64,000 nucleotides of DNA from Naegleria gruberi (lineage: Eukaryota). A program made the position numbers and the translations under genes. This document shows positions 45,635-57,982 of this stretch, piece after piece. How positions within the stretch are numbered: position 1 is the stretch's first letter; every line of letters starts with the position of its first letter. Where the stretch lies: NCBI GenBank assembly GCA_000004985.1, contig GG738856.1, one strand, 5' to 3'. Under the pieces are notes generated by a model that saw nothing but the letters and a program-made list of their open reading frames with translations, had not been told where the DNA came from and ran no database searches.

Positions 45635-46770
45635 TTAATCATCATTCAAGTATTTTCTCACATCATCGTTGGATTCGTAGGCCCAGCCTAAATTACTTGT
45701 AGCCGATTCAAGAATTGATGTGTTATCACCTTCACAAGCTCCAAACACATATCCACTTGCTCTGTCTACTGCTTTCAATACTCTCAGAACGCTCTCCTTA
45801 TCTTGAATATTCAGAGTGCAAAATGAAACGAGTGAATAATCCTCAATCACATCAGCCATTAGCTTGTTCAACCTCTTGAACCTATTTCTGTAATTTTTAA
45901 CTTTGTTTTGTGGAGTATCCTCATCATCTTGCATAATATCCTCTTCTTCCTCTTCTTCAGCGTTATTGACATTGCACTTTTCACCATGTTCATGATCTGC
46001 TTCACAAACAGGTTTCTTTCCCATATTTCTTACCAAATAGGATAAATCCTGAACCTGTGTATAAAAGTCAATATCAAAAGCCAGTTTTCCATATTGTTGA
46101 ATCAAGTCAACCTTGGACAAAACATTTACATGAGGAAGTTCCAATCTGATCATTATCGACAAGGAAACCATCAAAATTGAAATATATTTCGATGGATCTG
46201 TACAATGATGAGCATCCACTAAATTAACAGCACACAATCTGAAATGCCAGCCATTTGTTAACTTGTCACAAATATCCCTCACAACATTGTAATGTGTATA
46301 TAATTCAATTTGTCCAGGCATATCAAAAATTACATAATACGAATCATCTTCAATATATGGTTTTAACTCTGTTTTTAACCAATCATCCATATGTTCCTTT
46401 AAATATTCTATACAATAAACAAGTCCACCATTTGGTCCTAATTTTAATTCCTCCATCACAGGTTCTATCGAAACTAAATCTTGAATATCCACAGCACATT
46501 CATATTTATATCCTTCATTGGCAGGATCCAAATTTACTACAATTACTTTTCTTCCAATTCCTTTCAAAAATTGTTGCATTCCATCACAATATGTACTCTA
46601 TTAATATTAATAATTAAATCATCATTATTAATCATATGATGAGAATTACAAATATTAACGTCAATACAAAAATTATTATCATTTCATCATGGTCAATATA
46701 TTAGAATTAATCGGAATCTTCTTACCTTACCACTTCCAGGTGGTCCACAAACGATTTGACCAAAAGGCAT
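45635..46770 (-). CDS. gpn2: GPN-loop GTPase 2 (GPN2); exons 46726..46770 and 45635..46597
   Basis: MPFGQIVCGPPGSGK|STYCDGMQQFLKGIGRKVIVVNLDPANEG.YECAVD, GPNGGLVYCIEYL, FDMPGQIELYTH, HLVD/HHCTDPSKYIS, YGKLAFDIDFYT. 128-nt GTAAGG..TAATAG intron. Confidence 0.85.
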
Positions 46771-46892
46771 TTTTTTTCTATGAATGAAAAAGATGAAGTT
46801 TTGTTTTTTCGGAAGATGAGGATGAACAAATTATTTCATCATCCGAAAAATAATTTTAATTCGTGGCGTGATGACAATAGAAAGAAGAAAAA

Positions 46893-48104
46893 ATGGTTTC
46901 ATTCAATCACAAAGAGTTTCAAGAACCTGTAAAGATTATTTTGAGTGATTTCCTTGATGATTCAACAAGGAATCTTAATAGAATGCTCCGATCGAAATTA
47001 ATGATCAATTCGCAACAACGTTTGGTTGATTTTCTGTTTCGTCTCTTATCCACCGAATATCCACCGCCACCCTCTTCATCCACACCATTGTTGTTGAGTG
47101 ATAATGGTAATAGTGAATCGGAGAAGGCTTCCTTGCCATGTTGTAAATTGAGTGAGGAAGAAATTTTGCAAATTTGTTCGATGGTGAGTTGTTTTTGTAT
47201 TATGATGATCATTATATTAATTCAATATATTTAACAATATATTAATTAATTGATTATAATTAAATATATTTAATAGTCGAGTAGATATTATGAAAATGTT
47301 CCGAATGTTATTAGATTAAATTCACCTTTATCAATTTGTGGAACAATCAAGGGATCTTTTTCGAGTTTGGACAAGATTTTGGATGAATGTAAAATTGTGG
47401 ATCGAGAAAAACATACTGTAAATTATCAATGTAATGGATTATTGGTTTTGGGAGGATTTTCATTGACTCCATTCATATCAGGTCCTTACAAATTGCCAAG
47501 ATATGCCTACTTTACTGTTGAGGTCGTTTTGGTATTGTACTGTTTGAAATTGTTAATGCCTGAAAAGGTGCATCTATTGAGGGGAAGTGTGGAAAATAGG
47601 TGGGTTAACTTTGGAAATTTTCATGATGTTTGTTTGGAAAGATTTGGAAAAGAGTCTGGAAAGAGGGTTTACAATGCAATTTCAGATATATTCCTGGACT
47701 TACCATTGGTAGCAATTGTGGATAATCAAGTCATGTGTGTAAATTCTGGGCTACCTTTCGGAGGACTGAAAGAAATAGAGGATGAAGAGAGAAGAATTGG
47801 ATTGGAGAGTGCAGAATATACCAGTGCCGTGTCAGCATGTACAATGCATGAGGCTGAAGAGGTTCATGGATGGAAACTGAAACCACTGGCCAGTGAGTTA
47901 TTATTCGGCCCAGATATAACTAAAAAGTTTTTGGAGGAGGAAAATTTGAAATTGTTAATTTCTGGAAAATTGTTGTGTGATTCTACCTCTACAGCTCATG
48001 ATGGATTAGTGCTCATGGTGAGTAGCTTCCCAAGAGATGGACTACTGGGTGGTGTTATCCATCTAGAACGTAATTGCAAGTATAGAGTATTTTCATTCAA
48101 ATGA
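46893..48104 (+). CDS. PPP-family (calcineurin-like) Ser/Thr phosphatase homologue with degenerate catalytic motifs (pseudophosphatase); exons 46893..47183 and about 47352..48104
   Basis: PPP fold signposts with catalytic residues replaced. GDxHG is not recognisable (LVLGGFSL). GNHE reads LLRGSVE. HGG reads NSGLPFGG. RAHQ is absent. The intron acceptor is approximate. Confidence 0.5.
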
Positions 48105-48300
48105 AAGTTTACAATGACATGCATTTGATACAAACTAGCTGAAATTTAGATTATTTACATGAAAAGATTCGTAGATTGTAAATGAGCTTTACAATAACGA
48201 AAATTTGATACAAAACTGCAATTTTACAATCATTCATTATTGGTCACAGATCAATAGATATTTCAAGATTTCATCTTGAGTGAAAAATCTTTCCATTGCA
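48104..48300. repeat. Degenerate tandem duplication containing TTTACAAT..TTTGATACAAA(A)CTG units in an intergenic region
   Basis: tttacaatgacatgcatttgatacaaactag... and tttacaataacgaaaatttgatacaaaactg... about 80 nt apart. Confidence 0.35.
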
Positions 48301-48975
48301 TGATCAACAATACAACCAATATCTCCTTCTAAAAATGTAACTTATTGGATCATGAAAAACTGTACAGAAATCAACCAACCCAAATGCATGAAAGATTACA
48401 ATTTTCTAATGATAGGAGAATTAGGTCAATTTCAAATCTCCATAATTAACATTTTACATTGTAAACATTCGATTGTAAAGTCAATTTCAATTTTCGCACA
48501 GAGTATTATCTATTACCAGCTAAAGAGAAATTGAGAAGCTCGCATAGACCTTATCTTTGTACTGATCAATAATGAATCTACCCAATTTCCTTTCAATTCG
48601 TTCATCAACAAAAAAGCCAAGTCATAATTCGTGCTTTCCCAAAAAGCAAAATCATTTCTTTCTCTCGCTCAATTTTTTAAAAATAAATTACGCATAAAGC
48701 GAAAGTTACCTTGGTTTACTTTTCCCGCCAATTTTTTTACTTGTTCCTTGATCAACCAAAAACTCCCGAAAAGCAATAAATAGGGCTCGGTTTTGAGGTC
48801 ATCAGGAAAATAAAACTTTAAAAAAAAACAACGAAAACAAATCACTCGAGTTTCTCTCCAAGAAGCCTTTGTAAGATATCATACCTGTAACCAAGTTTGC
48901 TTTTTGTAATCATATTACCACCACACTCTGTGTAAATTATAACAATACCTGTATTTTAAAACAATCCTTAGAAAA

Positions 48976-49461
48976 ATGTACAAGAATTTGATCAATATTA
49001 CTTCATTTGCTATTAGAAAGTCATCGACAACAAGTGGTTGTCATAAGGCTGGAAGCTTTGTCATGCCAACAGTTCATAGCTATCATCACAGTTTTAGAAA
49101 TAGAGATTTGGAAAGAGTTGCCTCCTGTGTTGGCCATTCTCAAGATGTTACCGTCGATCAAAGCAACCTTTCGTATAGTATTCAACAATTAATTGACAAG
49201 TTGGAAAAGCTTGCCAAACTGGATCCACAATTGAAGAAGATTTTGCAAGATTATTCATCTGATGTTTCTATGACAAGAACTGCTAGAATGAACAAGTTGA
49301 CTGCCCAACGTTTATTCGAATGCAACTTAAAGGTTCAACATTACCTCAGTGCACACGTTGGCACTCAAGAATTGAGATTCTTGTCAATGGTAAACTCTGA
49401 TCTCGCTGATGAATGCTCTGTTATCAACAAGCGTTTGCAAAAACACATCTTTTCCACATAA
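48976..49461 (+). CDS. Hypothetical protein (161 aa)
   Basis: Uninterrupted ORF with a real ATG, flanked by long AT-rich intergenic DNA. No recognisable motif. Confidence 0.3.
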   Translation: MYKNLINITSFAIRKSSTTSGCHKAGSFVMPTVHSYHHSFRNRDLERVASCVGHSQDVTVDQSNLSYSIQQLIDKLEKLAKLDPQLKKILQDYSSDVSMTRTARMNKLTAQRLFECNLKVQHYLSAHVGTQELRFLSMVNSDLADECSVINKRLQKHIFST

Positions 49462-50030
49462 TCATTGTACTTTTACTCCAAACACCAACTTGTAAATAAT
49501 ATTACTGAATGTTTGAACATCAAGAAAACAATACAACCCTCTCTAGAGAATTAGTAGTTCGTTAAAGAATGGGAAAATAGCACAATAAAATCGCTTAAAA
49601 TGTTTGACAGTTCACTTTACATTTGACATTTTTCTAAATCCAATCCCTGACACAATCAGTCTTTTATGTTATCTTTTTCAATTATGGAATTTTATGCTTT
49701 TGAAATATTGTAATCATGTAACCATCATTTGTAGACTCGACAAGGTACATCATTTTACTGTAGAAACATTATTGTAATCTCTTCTTTGTTTGAGGTTGTT
49801 GAAAATCATAATGACATATGTTTTTGATTTCTTGTGACAGATCCACTTATCAAAACCTCAACATCTGCTAGGGGGATCTAGAGATTGTTATCGTATTATC
49901 TTGGCATGTACTTATTCGAAGACTTCTCACCCTTAGTAGAAATCTAAAAATACAATCTTTACCTTCAAAAATTACAACTGTTGAGGTTGTATGATATCCA
50001 AGAACTTGGCAGAAAAAACTACTCGAAAAA

Positions 50031-52537
50031 ATGACTAAAGTTCAACCTGTTCATGATGACAATAAGAAGGTAAGTTTCAAAACAACTTTACTAACATTCA
50101 AATCAAGCAAAATAAAAATGAAGATTTGCTTCTCTTAGATGGTGAAAAGGAAAAGCTTTGCGAAAGAAAGAAAATCATTCTCAAATCTTGCATTTCCATG
50201 AGATTAATCATTACCTTATTAATCATTCTCCTCTTGACGGCATGCTCCATCCTTACCTGGTTAGCTTCCTTCATTGGATCTATAACTGCCTTAGAAGAAT
50301 TATCCCAGAATCTTGTTTCTAGAGTTGGAGAGAAGGCCATTACTTACATTGATAGTCAACTGGATCCTGTTGTGAAACTTTCATCAAGTTTTGCAGCTGA
50401 CATTACCAACGGATCAATTTCTCTTCAACCCTCCATTAGCAACTTGTATCAAAAAGCAACAATCTACAAAGCATCAAGTGTTGGTGTTTTCTATTCACAA
50501 AGTTTGTACTCTGTTGTTTGGGCAGGTGTTTATCCGAATGAAGTATTGACCTATTCAGAGGCAATTCCTGGTCTAGTTTATTGGAAATTGGATGCTAGCA
50601 ATGGAAATGTGGTCTCAGTGTTCAAAAATACGTCTACTATTCCTTTTTCAATCACTTCTCAAGCGTTCTGGGCTGGAAGTTTTGCATTATTCAACTCAAC
50701 TGGTGCTGAAACGATTCTTGGAGCTCCGTATGTGGTAATCAATTCAGGAGTAGTGATTTATTGTTCTACAAAGATTTACGATCCAGTATTGATGGTTCAA
50801 GGAACAAAAAAAGTTATTGGAATTGCAAAAGTCAACTTGACCTTAAAGACCGTTCAGGATTTTTTACAGAAATTGTCCGTGATTGGAAATGGATACATAA
50901 TATTATCAGAAACGAATAACAATGTGATCGGAGCTTCTATTAACTCAACTGCAACTGATGGAGTGTCTAGAATTTCCTTATTTGACCTTACTGATAAAAA
51001 CGCTGGTCAACTGATGACAGATCTCAAAAATCAATATGGAGATATGAGCAAAGTTCCATCCTATAGCCAAATAACTAGTAAGGGAGTAGAATATTTCGTT
51101 TCCAAAATGGACTACCAATATCTCAATGTTCGTTGGAATCTGTATATGGTAATTTACAAATCTGATATCCAAAGAGTTACCAATATTAATACTGGTATCT
51201 CAGTTGCTGTTGCAGTTGTAGTTATTGGAGTGGGTATCATTTGTGGTGTCTTTATTGGACATATTGTAACGAAACCTCTCAGATTCCTTGAAGATCAATT
51301 TTCAAAAATCAAAACTTTTGATTTGAATTCTTGTAATTTCATTTCAAGCCAATTCAAAGAAGTTGATAGAATTTATGAGCATTTGTATGATATGGTCACT
51401 TGGCTTAATGAATTCAAGTCCTTCCTCCCAGAGAGTGTCTTTAATCAACTCAAACATATGGAACTAGTTGAAGATTCGAAACAGCACTCAGCAACTATTC
51501 GACAAAGCGTCCATGATTCACAAGCCATGATGTCCAGTGCTCAACTATCTTCCAAGCATTCTGGAAAATCAAGTAATCTCCAATCTGGCTTGGGAGGAAT
51601 TACTTCTGGAGGTTTATTTAAGGTTGGATTATCCACGAATAAGGTAACAATAGTCTGTGTTAAACTATTTGGGTTTTCTAATGAGAATTCCATGCATGAT
51701 TTATCGTTGCTATTCTCAAAGATTGCTTCCTGCCTTTCAAACTTGTCCAAAACTATGCAAGTCACTGATATGAAGATTAATTCTGTCGATGAATTTCAAT
51801 TATGTTTTACAAATGACAAGAAGAAGAAATCAGAATTTTTGGCCTTAGATGCAAGTTTGAAAATTGCAAAGGCATTGAATAATATTACTGGAAAGTCGGG
51901 TCAGAAAATTGATTATTCAATTGGTGTTTGTTCTGATTTGGCAAATATTGGAAATTTGGGAACTAGTTCACTAAGATATTTTTCAATTGTTGGTTCTGTG
52001 GTTGACAATGCCAAGATAATTGCATTATTGGGACATTCTAGTGCTAGCAGAGTTCTTGTGGATGGAAATACTCTGACTAATGTCAAGGAACAATTCGTAT
52101 ACAAACCTGTGGATCGATTGGAAATGGAACTACACTCTAAAAAGACAATTTGTTCGATTTTTGAAGTGATTAGAGAGAATGTTGTTAATCAAGATGAATG
52201 GCTATACGAATTGGATCAATCGAATAGTAATAATAAGTATTTAGAGTTACAATCTATTTTCCATCAACTATTCGAAAGTTCATCATCCATTTCATTCGAA
52301 ACTTTGAATGATTTCCGATCTAAACTTTCCCAATTCATGAATGAACATCCACAAGAAAGTTCAAACATGACCAAGACTTTAGAATTCTTAGAAATGGTTT
52401 TACAATGCTCTTCAGAATCTCAATCCCATGAAATGCTAAATAATTACAAAACTGTTTTGGAGAAACATTTGACCACTCTTTCTAAATACACCTATTCTGA
52501 TTCCGATGTTATTGTAACCAAAATTAAAATTGATTAA
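50031..52537 (+). CDS. ACG-like sensor/transmembrane protein with degenerate (probably inactive) class III cyclase-homology domain; exons 50031..50069 and 50108..52537
   Basis: Same TM-sensor-TM-HAMP-like layout as the gene at 1..2065 (ITALEELSQNLVSRVGEKAITYI vs ITANQIENLVVTSAVEKANTYV; LKTVQDFLQKLSVIGNGYIILSETNNNVIG vs IKQLVEFVQSFKFSTNGILGIIELNKNGDG; TKPLRFL vs SRPLGYF). The cyclase-like region (VTIVCVKLFGFSNE ... IDYSIGVCSDLANIGNLGTSSLRYFSIVGSVVDNAKIIA) lacks the metal-binding Asp and the GD motif. A 5' mini-exon MTKVQPVHDDNKK plus a 38-nt GTAAGT..CAAG intron is proposed; alternatively the start is internal (MRLIITLL..). Confidence 0.55.
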
Positions 52538-52597
52538 AGTAACTTTGAATATCAATATGTTAGAATTCAGTTCAGTTTTTTCTCAAATTCCAATAAT

Positions 52598-55500
52598 TTA
52601 ATTGTCCACAATCCTTTCATTCCATTCCTCAATCTTTTGTAAAATTTCATTAATGTTTGGTCTTTCCTTTGGGTCATGACTCCATGATTGTCTAATGAGT
52701 AAAGTCATTTCAAAAATGATATCCGAGTGGTAGTTCAACACTTCGTTCCTAGGTAGGAATGTTTCACACCAAGTTTGACATTCCTCTGCAGTAGAAAATG
52801 GAATGACAGGTCTCAATCCTTCTTCACAAACACTCTTATGGAATTGATATGAGCTATTAAATACATTTGGTTTGGATAATTTCAATTTTTGAAGAGCTCT
52901 TGCGTCCATACTTTGATATGGTTCTGTTATTTCGAATATTAATTGCCACATTACAATAGCCAAACTGTAAATATCAATTGATCGAGCATCATTTCTACCA
53001 ATATCTCCCGAAAAGAGTTCAGGACTGTTTCACCACCATATTATTGATATTGCACAATTATAAATCCATTCAGAAAAAAACTAACCTCATATAATTACTC
53101 GTTCCAATATGATTGGTGAGGGCTGAAATGCTGTGAGAAGACAAGACTCTTCCCAATCCAAAATCACACAACTTGGCAGTTCCATTCTTGTCTAAAAGAA
53201 TATTTGCTGGTTTCAAATCTCTGAATAATTGTGGACTAATTAAAAAATACTGAGATAGATCAAACATACCTGTGGACAATAAAGTTCGGCTCCAAACAAT
53301 GTAGATAATTGATTCCACTGGCTACATTGAGTAGAATGGACAGTTTCAGTTGAAGTGAACACTTCAATTGGTGTAATTCCAAGCTTCTAATCAAGGATTC
53401 CAAACTCTTATCCATATATTCCATTGCAATAAACCTCTTTGTGGGTGTTGATGAAATACCATAAAAATTGATAATGTTGGGATGTCTCAATTTGGACAAT
53501 AGAATGGCTTCAAATTTGAAATCATCTTCTGAAATATTAATATTATTCAAGTCAAATACTTTGACAGCAATAATAATTCCATTATATTTGGTTGAAAAGA
53601 CACTTCCCATTCCTCCTTCTCCAAGTCTCTGAGTTAAAAATGGTAAATTAGAACTAAGAATATGAATAACGTACCTTAATTGGTTTGTCCATGTGTAACA
53701 GCTCAACAGGAATAATAAAATTCTGCTCCTCCTCACTGGTTGGCTTGGATCCAGAGCCATTACTTGTATATTCCATTTCAGATTGAGATAAGAGTCTTTG
53801 ATCTAAAGTGAGGTCAGTATCATTTATCCTCTTTTGCTTTCTGTACTTCCTTGTGATGAAAATCAAGACAACTGAAATGATTGCAATGACCAATGCAAAA
53901 AATCCTATCAGTCCAAGAACAATTCCCAACATTAAATTGCTGTATTCACATCTCTCTCCACCAAAGCCTTCCTTACATTCGCACATATCATGCTTTACAC
54001 AATTTCCATTACGATTGCAAGCTTCAGATCCAGATATTCCAAAACAAATTGCAATTTGACATGAAACACCTGTATATCCAATACTACAATTACAATTATT
54101 TGGAGAAATACAAGTTCCATTAGAAGAACAAACAGACTGGCTTTCACTGGAAATCCCATTACAAATAGGATATTGACATTGAGAGCCAGAAAATCCAGCA
54201 TGGCACACACACTTGTTATATTCAACACACGTTCCATTTCCGCCATTGCACGAAGTGCTTTCATTTGAAGCAATGCCAAAGCATGTGGCTATACATTCTG
54301 TCATTGTCATACTAAGGACATACCCATCTTTGCAGTAGGGTTTCATCTTGTATATGACATTATATTTGGAATCTGAAATGTAGATTTCACCTTTTCCATC
54401 ATTGGAAAATGTAATACCTTCAGGAATTCCCAATGGAGCACTCACTGCTGACAATTCCATATTAGAATAGTATAGACCTCCATAGGATGTGTCTGTTCCA
54501 TTTCCAGCAATTGTTGTAATTATTCCATCTTTGATTCTTCTAATTCTACCATTGTTAGAATCTGAGAAAATGATATCCTCGTATGGAGGAATGAGCTTTA
54601 AAAATGTTGGACTGTTAAGTTGGGCGTTTTTAGCAGGTAGTCCATCTCCACTAAATCCCTTAATACCTGTTCCAGCCAATGTTGAAATTGTTCCATTTTT
54701 GTAAACTATTCTAATTCGGTGATTGTTTCGGTCAGAAAATATGATGTCCCCTGTGATTTTTGAATAAGCAATACCAGATGGGTAGGCCAAAGATGTTTGT
54801 AATGAATTAATATCATCTGCATAGAATCCATATCCACCATTTCCAGCGATTGTGTGCACAATTCCATTTCTAATCATCCTAATCATGTTATTCGTTACAT
54901 CAGTGAAATAAATGTCATTATTTGGTGCGATGGTCAATCCAAGACAATTTCCAATAGCATTTTCAGAAGGACCTAAATCTCCAACTCCTCCAGCAAGTAT
55001 TTCTATTGTCTTTTTCATAGTATAGACTCGAATTTTATCATTTCTAGTATCGGCCACTAGTACCATCTTCTCCTCTAAGGAATTTGCTACTGCATGAACA
55101 GACATAGGCCCATTAATTTTGGCAGTAAGTGCTGAATCGCCATCTCCCTCAAATCCAGGAAATCCTGTCTGGCTAACAACTGTTCTAATGTTGAAATCAG
55201 TTGTTGAAATGGCCCTAATCTTATTGTTAAATGTATCAGCTTCAAGAAATGTTAATTATTGAATGGATAGAAAAACAGAACTTACCAACATAAATGTCTG
55301 AATACCCATAACTGACACTGTGAGGATAAAAGAGCTGACTTCTGATAGCTGGACCTTCATCACCACTACTTCCATCAATTCCTGTTCCTGCAAGTGTTTT
55401 TACTGTTACATCTGTAATCACTCTAATTCTATGATTATTTGTATCCTTTTAGTAACTTGTTAATGTTTCCAATATGTGATAAAACTTACAGCAACAATTA

Positions 55501-57518
55501 AACCCATTTGTGCTGAAATGACACCCATTGGGTTATTGAATTGAGTTTCGAGTGGTAATTTACCATCTCCATTGTAACCTGGTTCTCCAGATCCAGCAAC
55601 TGTTGAAACTATTCCAGTAGATAACGTAATTTTACGAATAACATGATTATTAGAGTCTGCAACATAAATAGCACTATATTCAGCATGTATTCCTGAAGGG
55701 TGGTTGAAAGTGCTGTTCAATGCTATTCCATCTATATGTCCTTTAATACCTGGTTGACCAGCAATAAGTGAAACAGTTTTTGATAGCAAGTGAATACGCC
55801 ACACACAGTGATTACTATCCGAGAAGAATATATATGTTTCTCCTTCACGTCTAAGTGTAGTAATGCCAGATGGTCCACTAATTCCATGATCCTTCTTATT
55901 TGCAATTGTTGAAATAGTTCCATTTGTTGAGCTGATCATTAACACACGATCATTACTCGTATCTGACACAAAAATCAAAATATCATTTGAAGAGGCAAAA
56001 GAGGAGACTCCTGATGGTCTGTTCAGTACTGAGGATTTGACATTGGTTGGTGCATCTCTTGAAGTGGAAAATTTGTTTCCAAATAAAATGGAATGGCTAG
56101 CAGTATTTGATTTGTTGAGTTTGACAAGAAAGTTTACAGTCCAATAACTAATATCATTTGAAATTAGTAAATTTGAATTCAAGTCCAATGCTATTGAGTA
56201 TGGGTTAGAAATTATTGGTGTTGCTCGATACGGTTCATCTTGTGAGAGTGGAACTAATGTATTTTCAACTATTCCAATATTTCCATCTGAGAGTGTGTAA
56301 TTGAGTATTGATGCGGATCCAGATTCCAGAATTAATAACGATGGAGAGCCGCTACTATCTGAATAGATCAAATCTTTGGGTGACCTTAGTAAAAATGGTG
56401 CTTTCATATCTTTTGCATTCATATTAAAAACTCTCATTCCATTCTTTGAAAATAGAGATGAAATAATGCCAGTTTTCAAATCAATTTGTCTTATATGGTT
56501 AATTCCTATCAACCACAATTTACTTCCAATAACAGAAAGTGAATTCAAAAAATTAATGGAAGCGTCAGTGGCTAAACCTCCATCCCCTGAATCTCCTGAT
56601 GTTATAAAAGCACCACCTATTGATGTAGTATTCATTCCAATGATGGAAGATCCCGAGTACTTGACAGTGGTTTTAAATATTTGAAAGTCTGGAAACTTAA
56701 AATAGTAAAAAGACTCGACACTGTCAATAATTTCATTATTGTCAAGCTCAAATGTCAAAAAGTTGCTGCTGCCACTAAGTGAGATGATTGTCGTTATGTT
56801 TCCACTTGTATGATGTAATTTCCTTATAGTGTACAAAGCAGCAATGTACAAATCATTGTTTGAATTGACATGAATAGAATTAATATGTAACAAGTCGTCA
56901 AATCCTGGAATCTTTTTCACAGAGGACTGTCTCTCATCGATTTCATAAATTCTCGTATAATCTGAATAGTAAATAAGAATCAGGTCATTCTTTTTGTGAA
57001 CAGAAAGTAAACCCAACAAGCAAAATGTCATTTCACTCAATTGTGTAGTTGTTTGCGAATCACAATCACAGGATCGACCACCAGCTATAATCACAGAACT
57101 CCCACTAGTAGCATTATATTTAACTAGATTACAAACACCAGCTTCTTCCTTCATACAGTAAAATATATCATTTCCATTCTCATTGATTGGTTTAGCCAAA
57201 TATCCAACAGTTTCCAAAATTGTTTCCACACCCCCATCTGTTAAATTTAATCTCATCAATGACCACACCGATGTAGAAACATATCCACCGAGGTAGACTA
57301 TTTGTTCGGGATGTTGAAATGATTCATAAACCATCTTGACTTCATACTTGAGCCATGGTTTTGTCTTGTTGCTGGTGGCCAAGTAATGGCTTGATGGTAT
57401 ATTGGACACCAACACTAGAACCATCAGTGGGAGAGGTGTATCCACTCGCAACCATCACCAGCATCCAAGTTATGGCAATGAGAAAATAAAGATTGTAATG
57501 GATTTGCTGTCGTCTCAT
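52598..57518 (-). CDS. Receptor-like protein kinase: signal peptide, multiple NHL repeats, EGF-like repeats, TM, Ser/Thr(-Tyr-like) kinase. Minus-strand exons about 55490..57424(57518), 55286..55445, 53675..55239, 53270..53628, 53086..53220, 52598..53024.
   Basis: NHL repeats (..NHRIRIV.., ..NGRIRRI.., ..NHVIRKI..). Cys-rich EGF-like modules (CNGGNGTCVEYNKCVCHAGFSGSQC...). TM LGIVLGLIGFFALVIAIISVVLIFI. Kinase subdomains LGEGGMGSVF, AVKVF, HRDLKPANILL, DFGLGR, SPELFSG, WSHDPKERP. Introns 44-61 nt with GTAAGT/GTACGT/GTATGT/GTTAGT donors; phases checked against the ORF track. The 5' end is uncertain (see finding). Confidence 0.7.
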
Positions 57519-57982
57519 TTTTTTGTGAACATTCAATCCCATTTTGATATTCGGATCAAATTCCTTGTAAAAGTTTAAATCCACATCATCATCATATGAG
57601 ACATAGATAATATTATCTAATTTCAGACAGAAAAATATTATTAATATTTTGCAAGAGTGGACCAATGATAGTACGAAAAGGTGGCATGAATTAATTGCTG
57701 GAAAACAACCAATTTATAATCCATCATGAAAATTTCTTCTACTATTTAATTCTGATTTAGCAGGGTGATGAAATCATGATGAGTAATTACCCATTGTTTT
57801 TTTTTTGTTGAATATTTAACGGTCGGAACAAACAACTTTCAGCGGTTTTGGTTGGCGCGAAATTACCCTTCCTTTATGAGTGAATGTTAGTGAACCAAGA
57901 GAATGTTGAGTCATAAGTGGATGTAGAGCAATAAATATTCAGAAATAGTATCAAAACTGATTGAATGTTAGGAAGTTTCCAT

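Noticed and set aside
57425-57451. ORF-track 'M' at 57451 (MRVDTPLPL...) as the kinase-receptor start
   Set aside because: The codon is CTG, not ATG. Real candidates are ATG 57424 (same frame) or ATG 57518 (other frame). The ambiguity is reported as a finding.
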